From positions 1 through 64,000 of the IMG/VR virus record IMGVR_UViG_3300030329_003470: DNA of 64,000 nucleotides; one strand, given 5' to 3'. Every line of letters starts with the position of its first letter. Position 1 is the first letter of the stretch. Source of the stretch: a virus. Positions 56,530-64,000 of the stretch are shown here, one piece after another. The notes beneath the pieces were generated by a model. It was not told the origin of the DNA, ran no database searches, and worked only from the letters and a program-made list of their open reading frames with translations. A program made the position numbers and the translations under genes.

Positions 56530-57813
56530 TTATTCTCCTTTAATATATACTTTACCTGTAAGTTTTTCAATGTCTCTAATCATTTCTTCCATATCGACTC
56601 TTACAACTTTACCTGTTATTACGTTTCTAGAAAAGTATTCCCAATTTCCTTTTTGATTGTGTGGTGAAAGTTTTGTAACGTTTCCTGCTTCATCTCGAAC
56701 ATACACTTCAGCACTTGAAGTATCATCTTTGGCGTAAATGTGAGCATGGTCACCATCTGCCGCGGCATCTCCTGCTTGTACTTTTAAACCTATATGTCCA
56801 TCAACTCTAAAGTCGCCTGTTCCGTGAGGTGTAACAGTTATGTCCATGTTAGAACTGTCAGAAGTAATATTTCCTAGTTCACCATCAATAGACAAATTGT
56901 TTATTACAACTTTTCCAGTTCCACTAGGACTAATTTCAATATCTGCATTTGAAGCCGACGAAATTATATTATCTTGAATAATTAAACGTTCAACAGTCAT
57001 GCCATCATCATCAAATCTTGCTATACTTCTACTATCATCATCAGCACGAATATCTACTCCTGAAGAACGTATTCTTATATCACCACTTCCTTGATCTCTA
57101 ATGTAACTATGTGCGCCAGCATCATGCCATATTTGAAGATCACCAAATGATCCTCCTTCGTTTCCAAAATGTAATTGAATGTCATCAGGAATACGAATGC
57201 CACCTGTTCCATGAGGTGTAAGAGATATGTCCATGTTAGAACTATCAGTAGTAATATTTCCTAGTTCGCCATCAATAGACAAGTTGTTTATTACAACTTT
57301 TCCTGTACCTTGTGGTGTAATGTTTATATCTGCGTTCGAGCCATTACTTGCAATTTCGTTTGTTGTTATTGCACCTGTAGTAATTCCTCCAGATAATGTA
57401 ACAGCACCAGTAAATGTTCCTGTTGTTGCTGTTAATGCCGCAACTTCTAATGCTCCAGCAGTTACAGTTATGCCACCTGATTTGTCTGCGCCAGTGGCAG
57501 TTGTTGTTCCTAATTTGAATGTGTCAGCAGATTCGTCCCATACTATTGCCGCATTATCTCCAGTAGATCCTCTTTCAATTATGATTCCTGAATCGTTTGT
57601 ACTGGCTGAAATTCCTGTTTGTAATTCTATAATATTATCTTCAATTACTGTGTTTGTTGTGCTAATTGTTGACGAAGTACCACCAACTGTTAAATTACCG
57701 TTGACAGTTACGTTTAAACTATCAAGTGTGATAGAATTTGTACCAGATCCTGAGTTATACCCATCACCTGCTTTTATAGTGTAATCACCTGATGTACGTA
57801 GAGTTTTAGCCAT
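56530..57813 (-). CDS. Fibre-like virion protein with internal duplication
   Basis: IEDNIIEL, GIIIERG, WDES.D motifs; 101-nt repeat at 56816-56916 and 57203-57303 with 7 mismatches. Confidence 0.72.
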   Translation of the reverse strand: MAKTLRTSGDYTIKAGDGYNSGSGTNSITLDSLNVTVNGNLTVGGTSSTISTTNTVIEDNIIELQTGISASTNDSGIIIERGSTGDNAAIVWDESADTFKLGTTTATGADKSGGITVTAGALEVAALTATTGTFTGAVTLSGGITTGAITTNEIASNGSNADINITPQGTGKVVINNLSIDGELGNITTDSSNMDISLTPHGTGGIRIPDDIQLHFGNEGGSFGDLQIWHDAGAHSYIRDQGSGDIRIRSSGVDIRADDDSRSIARFDDDGMTVERLIIQDNIISSASNADIEISPSGTGKVVINNLSIDGELGNITSDSSNMDITVTPHGTGDFRVDGHIGLKVQAGDAAADGDHAHIYAKDDTSSAEVYVRDEAGNVTKLSPHNQKGNWEYFSRNVITGKVVRVDMEEMIRDIEKLTGKVYIKGE

Positions 57814-57831
57814 TTGCTACTATTTATAAAG

Positions 57832-57861
57832 AAAAGGGGGAGTGTAAAAACTCCCCCCTTT
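57832..57861 (-). terminator. Intrinsic terminator
   Basis: AAAGGGGGGAG-TTTTTACA-CTCCCCCTTTT directly followed by TATAAATA promoter of next gene. Confidence 0.8.
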
Positions 57862-57880
57862 ATAAGCACGTGTCGTTTGA

Positions 57881-58300
57881 CTAGATTACGTCTAGTGTAC
57901 CAGTTCCTGATGCACCTACGCCTTCGTCAGTTGCTTCAGTTCCTAACGTGAACGTTACTTGTCCAGTTGTTGAACCATTGCCGTGACGTACAGTTCTGTT
58001 GTGAAATCTCTCAACATATGAATCAGTTGAGTCACTCAATACACATCTAACGCACATTTCACCTGCTGATAATGAGCCTGGTGCTACTGCCATAAGTGTG
58101 TATACTGCTGTAGACGAGTCATTCATTTGTTGGATCTTAAATCTTTTAGATCCTCTTTGCGAAACGATAAATGAATTATCATTTTGCTGTAATGAACCAC
58201 CTGAAGGGTAATAAGCCGTTACCGCAAGTCTACCTGCTGTACCGTCTCCACCGCTGTCTGTTACTGCTGACATAAGAGTCTTTTTGATAGGTCTTCCCAT
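57881..58300 (-). CDS. Probable virion structural protein (MGRPIKK...)
   Basis: AAGGAG SD 7 nt before ATG 58300; track start 58369 (TTG) lies inside the structured leader. Confidence 0.65.
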   Translation of the reverse strand: MGRPIKKTLMSAVTDSGGDGTAGRLAVTAYYPSGGSLQQNDNSFIVSQRGSKRFKIQQMNDSSTAVYTLMAVAPGSLSAGEMCVRCVLSDSTDSYVERFHNRTVRHGNGSTTGQVTFTLGTEATDEGVGASGTGTLDVI

Positions 58301-58307
58301 TTTTTTT

Positions 58308-58395
58308 CTCCTTACATGGAGCCAAATGCAAGTTCTACTTGCTACGCGGTTTAATCCGCATAAGTCCAACTACTTTGTGTTGTTGGCTCAATTGA
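58308..58395 (-). ncRNA. Structured cis-regulatory 5' UTR (four-way junction, candidate riboswitch-like switch)
   Basis: P1 GAGCCAA/TTGGCTC enclosing three hairpins CAAC-8-GTTG, ATGCGG-6-CCGCGT, GCAAGT-3-ACTTGC, between ATAAATA (58409-03) and the SD. Confidence 0.7.
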
Positions 58396-58437
58396 CTGCT
58401 TGTATTTATCGAATTTTGGTAAAGATAAAACACTCAT

Positions 58438-58487
58438 AAAAAAAGAGTGGTGCTTACAATCCGAAGTTATGTTTCACACCACTCTTT
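58438..58487 (-). terminator. Probable terminator with 11-bp stem and large loop
   Basis: AAAGAGTGGTG/CACCACTCTTT followed by T7 on minus strand. Confidence 0.65.
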
Positions 58488-58515
58488 GAGGTTAACGTAT
58501 TACTAGATTTTTATA

Positions 58516-58749
58516 TTATTTTCGATTATAGATATGATATAAAATCCAAACTGCTACCAAGCCAATCAGACCTTGATCTGAAAAACCTTGCAGTACGCCC
58601 TGGACGTTTCCAATTACAGAAACGTTTGGCCAGAACGGAATACCTTGACCGTTGAAAAGGATTTCTAAAACAATTCCTAACGCAATTAAAGATACTCCTA
58701 CGTCAGCAATTCCTTTTGCCCAATCCTTTACACTTTTAAGATAATCCAT
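58516..58749 (-). CDS. Small membrane protein with two hydrophobic segments
   Basis: VGVSLIALGIVLEILF and LIGLVAVWILYHIY; strong SD GGGAGG; own late promoter. Confidence 0.7.
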   Translation of the reverse strand: MDYLKSVKDWAKGIADVGVSLIALGIVLEILFNGQGIPFWPNVSVIGNVQGVLQGFSDQGLIGLVAVWILYHIYNRK

Positions 58750-58872
58750 GTTGGACCTCCCTTGCTAAATGTAAGTTTCTAATGAAACTCGAATTATTTA
58801 GAAGTCGGATTTTCGTAATAATAATGTCACATTTGGTCTGTGAGTCGAGTGAAGGTGAAAATATTTTTTTAT

Positions 58873-59583
58873 CTACGTACAGAATTCTTCGTAAAGAAGA
58901 TAATCATAGCGGTTATAACCTCGGTGCCAATAAAGGAAGTCTTTTGACAAATTAGAAAATTTTACAATACGATTATAACTTTCTCCTGCTCTGTTTGAAT
59001 GTAATCTTGGTTCAGGAGTTACATTTAACTCTTTTGCAATTTCGTCCCACGATTCTTCAAATTTATCTGAATCAAAAACTTTTATAAAATTTTCTTTTAG
59101 TGCAGTTCTGGCTCTTTGATATTTTGTTTCTATAGGTAATGCATGAGTTTGTCCAAGATATTTTCCATAAATCCATAATGTTATAAAATTGCCAGACATT
59201 AATGAAAGATGAGTTGCAAAATCTTTATCTAACTCGTGTCCGTAATTACTATCATAGTTGAAATGTGATATATCTCTGTGTAAAGGATGTCTTATCCAAG
59301 TGTAATGTTTGCCAGGCTGTTCACTGTTTGTATAATGTCCACAAACTATTGATGCATCACCAGTAGATTGTTTTTCATATGTTCTAAGAAATGCTTGTTT
59401 GATTGGTTCTTTGGGATTGAATGCAGGATCTTCACTTACTCTGTAGTATCTTCTATCTCCATACAAAGGATACACAACTAAAGTTGAACCTTTTGGTAAT
59501 TGTCCTATGTATTCTCTATGAGCCAGTCGTAATTGTAGACTACTTCCTGCTGTTTTAGGTATATGATGAAAACAATATTGCAC
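58873..59583 (-). CDS. Sulfotransferase family protein
   Basis: FHHIPKTAGSS PAPS loop, CGHY, WIRHP..R.IS; GTG start 5 nt after TAAATA. Confidence 0.8.
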   Translation of the reverse strand: MQYCFHHIPKTAGSSLQLRLAHREYIGQLPKGSTLVVYPLYGDRRYYRVSEDPAFNPKEPIKQAFLRTYEKQSTGDASIVCGHYTNSEQPGKHYTWIRHPLHRDISHFNYDSNYGHELDKDFATHLSLMSGNFITLWIYGKYLGQTHALPIETKYQRARTALKENFIKVFDSDKFEESWDEIAKELNVTPEPRLHSNRAGESYNRIVKFSNLSKDFLYWHRGYNRYDYLLYEEFCT

Positions 59584-59611
59584 ACTGATATTTAAATCAG
59601 TAATGTGTGAC

Positions 59612-60550
59612 TTATATTTTTTTGATTTTATCTAAAATGTCGTTACCAAAGAAGTCTTTGTATTTGTCATACAATGGTGACCATAAAGTTTTTAACTTGC
59701 TAATTTCTTCTTCTGGCCATGTAATAACTTCTTCAATACCTAATTTTTCTTGTTTAGATTCACTAGTCTTGATTTCTTCTGCGTCAGCAACTGATTGTGC
59801 TCTTTCTTTTCTTGCCGCTAAAAACCCAGCCTGTGTAAAATGTGTTTGATCTTCTGCACTCAACGAACTCCAGAAACTGTCATTCAATAAAATTGAAGTT
59901 ACATACATCGAATGTTTAGTATCTGCAACATATTTTTGTGATCTGTGTGCATCAGCATGATATCTAGGGTAAGTTGTTTGTGTAACATTAACTTTGTCCC
60001 AGTCTGTTTTTGAATCAGTTAAACGATCTACTTTTTTTGCACCTACCATGTCAATCATGTCAGCGTGTACAGGATTTCTCCATCTAGAATATGTTTTGCC
60101 AGCAAAATCTTCTATTGATCTTATAGGAGTGTTTGATGCTGTGCATCTGTATCCGCCTGAATATGTAAATGATAATCCACGTACCTGTGTCTTTTCATAT
60201 AGATGTGCAAAAAGTGATTTGCCAATTTCTCCTTCAAAAACTCTTGATGCATGATCGTGATCTTTGAATAGATAAGGCATTGATAAAGCATAAAAATCTG
60301 TAGCGTCATAATCGCCTAGTATATCAGAAAACAGTTGGCTACATTGTACTCTACCTTCTTTCAATTCTAAGAAAGGATCACAAATTAAACCGTCAAGATA
60401 CTTGTTTTGGTAGTCTGTAAGTGTAAGAATCTCTATCTCATACTTGTTATTTGTAAGTGTATCTAGATGTTTCTGAAAATCTTCAGCAGTTCTAATGAAA
60501 AGTTCTGCTGGTTCATGAAACAATAACCATTTAATTTTTTGTCTTGCCAT
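59612..60550 (-). CDS. dctP: TRAP transporter substrate-binding protein DctP-like, no signal peptide
   Basis: D...LSMPYLFKDHDHA..V.EGEIG..L, GL...YSGGYR, PIRSIEDF.G, T.H......ILLN..FW.SLS.EDQ motifs. Confidence 0.8.
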   Translation of the reverse strand: MARQKIKWLLFHEPAELFIRTAEDFQKHLDTLTNNKYEIEILTLTDYQNKYLDGLICDPFLELKEGRVQCSQLFSDILGDYDATDFYALSMPYLFKDHDHASRVFEGEIGKSLFAHLYEKTQVRGLSFTYSGGYRCTASNTPIRSIEDFAGKTYSRWRNPVHADMIDMVGAKKVDRLTDSKTDWDKVNVTQTTYPRYHADAHRSQKYVADTKHSMYVTSILLNDSFWSSLSAEDQTHFTQAGFLAARKERAQSVADAEEIKTSESKQEKLGIEEVITWPEEEISKLKTLWSPLYDKYKDFFGNDILDKIKKI

Positions 60551-60574
60551 TGCTGTTCTCCTATAATGCTTTAT

Positions 60575-61243
60575 TTATGCTATTTTTTCTGTATTATTAC
60601 CAATTATGGTATCTTCTAATTCTTTGTTGTTATACAGGTTAAAATACCATAGTTTATGCCCTATTTCAGTTAACATTTTATCTCTTATTTCGTCTTTTTC
60701 AGAGAACAAAAAGTTGTAACTAGCAACGTTCCAAAAATCACTTTTGGATCTAAACAAATTTGCCACTATTTTCCAATCATATGTATTGTCCTTAGGCAGT
60801 AGTTCTTGCATCGCCCTTTTATTTTTTGTAAGATGTGTCCAATGATTATCTTGTGGTTGTTCCCAAAATCCTATCTCACTGTTGTTTAATAGTTGTTGGA
60901 ATGTCCAATTTTTTAGCAAATAATCAAGGCTTTGTGATTTGTTTTTCTGTTTTTGCAGTGCTTCTATGTATTTTTTAGAAGTAGTAGACATTGTTGTAAT
61001 TTTTGGGAAGAAAGAATGCACAGTTGGATGAAAAAATTTATCACCTCTACTATCTAATATTATAATTTCATCTAATTGTTGTAAATTTAATAATGATTCA
61101 ACATATTGGAAATATTTTAATGTAGGTTTTGCTAACATTCTAACGTTAGGGCAAACAAGTACCATTTTATTTTTAATGTAATCAGCAAAGTTACCGTGTG
61201 ACAGTTGCATACCATCATAAATTTCAACATCAAAATTAAACAT
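60575..61243 (-). CDS. Hypothetical protein, possibly degenerate peroxiredoxin/redoxin fold
   Basis: KNKMVLV...LDEIII...D.F...W.FQQLLNN..I spacing resembles Prx5-type redoxins without PxxxTxxC. Confidence 0.35.
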   Translation of the reverse strand: MFNFDVEIYDGMQLSHGNFADYIKNKMVLVCPNVRMLAKPTLKYFQYVESLLNLQQLDEIIILDSRGDKFFHPTVHSFFPKITTMSTTSKKYIEALQKQKNKSQSLDYLLKNWTFQQLLNNSEIGFWEQPQDNHWTHLTKNKRAMQELLPKDNTYDWKIVANLFRSKSDFWNVASYNFLFSEKDEIRDKMLTEIGHKLWYFNLYNNKELEDTIIGNNTEKIA

Positions 61244-61275
61244 ATGAAATATTTAAGTTGCGGAAGTACCGCCAC

Positions 61276-61305
61276 AAAAAAAGGCGACATAAAGCCGCCT
61301 TTTTT
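61276..61305 (-). terminator. Intrinsic terminator after major capsid gene
   Basis: AAAAAAGGCGGC-TTTAT-GTCGCCTTTTTTT. Confidence 0.88.
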
Positions 61306-61326
61306 CGAAAATTGGTAAGCCTTGGC

Positions 61327-62499
61327 TTACTTGAATTTTAAGTTTCCTGAAGTTACTGCTACTAATCCAACGTAGTCTGCCGCGTTACCTAGTGAAGATG
61401 CAGTGTTTGTTAATTCAACATAACCGTATCTTGTTAGGAAACCAACAACTGGTTCGAAAGTTGCAGGATCAAGAACAACGCCACTTGACATTAAAGGTAT
61501 GTAAGGACAGTAGAACGCCGGAGCGTCTGCCTCACTTGAACCTTTGTAACCAACTAGGATTGAAGTACCGTCAGCCGCGTATGCGTCTACGTATACTCTC
61601 ATTGAAGCATTTAACGTACCAACAAATTTTGTGTTAGTAGGTGCTTCAAATGTACCTTCAGTTGATCTTGCAAATGCTGAAGTTGTTGCTGATTGAAGAA
61701 TAGTTAAAGCAGTTGGAGATACTACCGCGTAGTTTCCAGCGCCTCTTCTAGTTCTTGTAGCGATTTGGTTTGCTACTCTGTTGATTAACACAGCCAAAGC
61801 CGCGTGTTCGTCACCAACGAAAGTTGCAGTACCAGATACAGCCGCTTGGTCAAAAGTTTCAGCGGCAGAGCCAGCCAAAGTTCTTAATGAACCAATGATT
61901 TCTTGGTCAATCTCAGCAGTAATCTCTTGAGCCAAAGCCGCCATGATTTCTGCTTCTACGTCTATACCTTGTTGTGCTTGAGCATCTTGAGCCGCTTCAA
62001 AAGTCCATCTTGCAGATAGTTTTCTTGATTTCGCCTCAACTGGTTGTTTCAAGATTTGAATTGATAATCTCTTACCAGGTGTACCTTCTAAAGATGCTGT
62101 AGAAGCCGCTTTAGGAGTTGTGTTGTTCTGGTTACCAGCGTATGCTTTCGCTATTTTGAACGGAGATAATGCTTCTTCACCAGCAGTTGTGTTCGAACTT
62201 ACTGTGTCTGCATATCTTATTCTTAGTGTGTGGATCTGTCCAACCGGACCAGTCATTGGTTGTACACCAACGATCTCGTTCGCTATAACAGTAGGCATAA
62301 CCCTACGTATTACTGGAAGAATCACTCTGTTTAGAGTAGCAACGTTACCTGCCGATGTAGCACCTGCAGTTGCTTGTTCTGACAAATATTTCTTAGTGTT
62401 TTCTAAGATAACATCCATCGTCTTTTTCTTGTTGCCGTCTAAACCTTCAGTTAGAGCCTGTTTAGTTTCGCTCCATTTAGATTCAAATAGTTCTGACAT
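61327..62499 (-). CDS. gp23: Major capsid protein, T4 gp23-like
   Basis: ANEIVGVQPMTGPVGQI, V.AKSRKL.ARWT.EAAQD, EI..EIDQEI, FYCPYIPL, P..GF.TRYG; biased codon usage. Confidence 0.95.
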   Translation of the reverse strand: MSELFESKWSETKQALTEGLDGNKKKTMDVILENTKKYLSEQATAGATSAGNVATLNRVILPVIRRVMPTVIANEIVGVQPMTGPVGQIHTLRIRYADTVSSNTTAGEEALSPFKIAKAYAGNQNNTTPKAASTASLEGTPGKRLSIQILKQPVEAKSRKLSARWTFEAAQDAQAQQGIDVEAEIMAALAQEITAEIDQEIIGSLRTLAGSAAETFDQAAVSGTATFVGDEHAALAVLINRVANQIATRTRRGAGNYAVVSPTALTILQSATTSAFARSTEGTFEAPTNTKFVGTLNASMRVYVDAYAADGTSILVGYKGSSEADAPAFYCPYIPLMSSGVVLDPATFEPVVGFLTRYGYVELTNTASSLGNAADYVGLVAVTSGNLKFK

Positions 62500-62524
62500 T
62501 TGATCTTTTCCCCTTAGTTTATTG

Positions 62525-63589
62525 TTATATACCCGCCAACTTACGGATATTTGTTAATTCAGCATCTTCTCTTACGGCTCTGTCACCTTTTGCTTCACTA
62601 ATAACTTGTTTAGTTGATGCAACTGGTTTCTCAGCCATAACGTGAGGTAGATACTTGTCGAATGAAGCCTGTAACTTGTCAGTTTGCACTGACTCTAATA
62701 GTTGAGCCATAACTTCACCCTTTGTTTTGCCCAATGGTTTGAGCATCTCAGCCATCTTTTCCTTGCGTTCCATCAAATCCGATTGTCTTTTGGCTTCCGC
62801 CTCTTTGGATTCAATCACCGCTTTTTTCTCTTCGACAGCCTTCTCAGCGTCTTTTAACTTCAAAGTAGTTTCATCAACCACTTTCATTAACTTCGCAGTC
62901 TCAGATTTCTCATTTAAGTAAGAATTCTGGTACTCAGAAGCAAACGCCTCGAATATTTTCTTACCAAAGTTGACTTCTCTTGCCGCTGTAATGTCTTCCT
63001 TCAGAGATTTTAACTCTTCAGCAAGTTTTTTGTTAACAGCATTCTCTACAACTTTAGCAGATTTTGTTACGAAAGCCTCTTTCATCTTAGCCATTTGTTT
63101 TTTGGCTTCGGCTACTAGTTTAACTTTCGTCTCCACAACGCCTTTTTTGTCTTCATGGAATTCTTTAATTTCTTTTGCAAGAGCGTTTACTACAAACTCT
63201 TCCATTTTCTTAAAGTTTTCATGAACACCTTTACGGTCGCCATGTAGTTCTTTTAACTCTTCTGATAATTTCTTCATTATAAACTCTTGAAGTTTAGCAG
63301 AATGAGCGCCTACGTTTTCTTTGTAAGCAATTTTTTCTTGTGCTAGTGCTTTTCTGTCTTCAACAAACTTTGTGATTTCCTCAGATAATTTCTCAGTCAT
63401 CATTTTGTCTATTGCTTCGATCATGTTTGCTTTGTCGTGTTCGTATCTTTTAGCAAACTCTTCTCTCAGTTCCGCACCTACAGTTTCTTTATTTTCCTTG
63501 ATTTTTGAATCCCAAGCCTCTTGAATGCTTTTTTGAACATCTTCTGAGATTGCTCCAGATTCAACAAGTTTTGATATTGCGTCTATCAT
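62525..63589 (-). CDS. gp22: Prohead core scaffolding protein
   Basis: Coiled-coil E/K-rich, KIFEAFASEY motif, between protease and capsid genes. Confidence 0.8.
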   Translation of the reverse strand: MIDAISKLVESGAISEDVQKSIQEAWDSKIKENKETVGAELREEFAKRYEHDKANMIEAIDKMMTEKLSEEITKFVEDRKALAQEKIAYKENVGAHSAKLQEFIMKKLSEELKELHGDRKGVHENFKKMEEFVVNALAKEIKEFHEDKKGVVETKVKLVAEAKKQMAKMKEAFVTKSAKVVENAVNKKLAEELKSLKEDITAAREVNFGKKIFEAFASEYQNSYLNEKSETAKLMKVVDETTLKLKDAEKAVEEKKAVIESKEAEAKRQSDLMERKEKMAEMLKPLGKTKGEVMAQLLESVQTDKLQASFDKYLPHVMAEKPVASTKQVISEAKGDRAVREDAELTNIRKLAGI

Positions 63590-63590
63590 G

Positions 63591-64000
63591 TTATTTTAGG
63601 TCCTTTATTATGTTGGTTAGTGCATCTTTTAGATACCTTTGTGCTTTTGCGTCATTTCTAACTTCAGCGGCCAGACCCTTTGCCATATGTCCACCTTTTG
63701 TATTCATAAGATGTTCATATATTGGCGTAGGATAAGCACCTGGTGCCGAAGGTTGGGCCACAACATCAACTGTGATGATCTCAAAGTCTGAAACTTCGCC
63801 GCTTCCGTATTCGTTAATGTTTCCACTACCTCTACTTGAAACGCCTAGTTTCACACCTGATTCCAACATAGTTTTGACAAGTTGACCCATCGGTGTTGGT
63901 AAAATTTTCATTTTACCATATCCATTTGGTCCGTCCATCCACATTTCAGTAATCATGTGAGATACACGGTCCAAATTAATTTTTAAATCGTCTGGATGAT
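63591..64000 (-). CDS. gp21: Prohead protease, gp21-like (C-terminal part; continues past window edge)
   Basis: HPDDLKINLDRVSH, IL.TP.G, LGVSSRGSG, DVVAQPSAPGA. Confidence 0.9.
   Translation of the reverse strand, partial: HPDDLKINLDRVSHMITEMWMDGPNGYGKMKILPTPMGQLVKTMLESGVKLGVSSRGSGNINEYGSGEVSDFEIITVDVVAQPSAPGAYPTPIYEHLMNTKGGHMAKGLAAEVRNDAKAQRYLKDALTNIIKDLK

Noticed and set aside
58319-58390. tRNA gene: the plus strand has tRNA-like spacing (7-bp stem, 2 nt, arm, 1 nt, arm, 5 nt, arm)
   Set aside because: No TTCRA in the T-loop position, no D-loop GG, no 7-nt anticodon loop, no CCA, and a C-A mismatch on plus that is a G-U pair on minus; better explained as a minus-strand 5' UTR.
58516-58749. 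Calling the two-helix membrane protein a holin
   Set aside because: Size and topology fit, but no endolysin or spanin is nearby and no holin motif is recognisable; left as membrane protein.
1386-63735. Numerous 60-217-aa antisense ORFs in the track (e.g. 1386, 12176, 32828, 51151, 57227, 62120)
   Set aside because: They lie wholly opposite well-supported genes, lack SD or promoter signals, and have composition typical of shadow frames.
1-64000. CRISPR array or cas genes
   Set aside because: No regularly spaced 23-47-nt direct repeats with unique spacers; all repeats found are intragenic coding modules or hairpins.
1-64000. Stop-codon reassignment
   Set aside because: Code 11 gives full-length, densely packed core genes; no fragmentation by TAG or TGA.
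1-64000. Avoidance or enrichment of GANTC or GATC as a host methylation clue
   Set aside because: Both occur frequently; no obvious bias by eye.

Overview
64 kb from a large AT-rich (roughly 32% GC by eye) T4-superfamily myovirus (Caudoviricetes) with jumbo-phage-style gene content, genetic code 11, mostly on the minus strand. Left to right: (1) replication/recombination arm (DnaB-like helicase, primase, a 196-aa DnaE/Pol III alpha fragment, gp62-like clamp loader, UvsW); (2) a 16.5-kb island of about 20 glycan-building and glycan-tailoring genes (four KpsS/GT107-like paralogues, a GT42/Maf-like gene, GT-A enzymes, GT61, AsnB-type amidotransferase, methyltransferases, SGNH proteins, sulfotransferase, epimerase, 2OG-Fe(II) oxygenases); (3) UvsY, RecA/UvsX, gp32-like SSB; (4) terminase, head completion, tube, sheath and neck genes; (5) a fibre cluster with shared repeat modules; (6) four accessory genes including a signal-peptide-less TRAP DctP; (7) major capsid, scaffold and prohead protease. 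Most notable non-coding signals: a four-way-junction 5' UTR at 58.3 kb with mutually exclusive SD-exposing and SD-sequestering folds (candidate riboswitch-like element); a T4-like late promoter TAAATA sitting 5-8 nt before many start codons with no SD (leaderless mRNAs); and apparent window-wide avoidance of AGCT and GCWGC. All calls are from motif recognition by eye; no database searches were run. The host is not determinable from this window.
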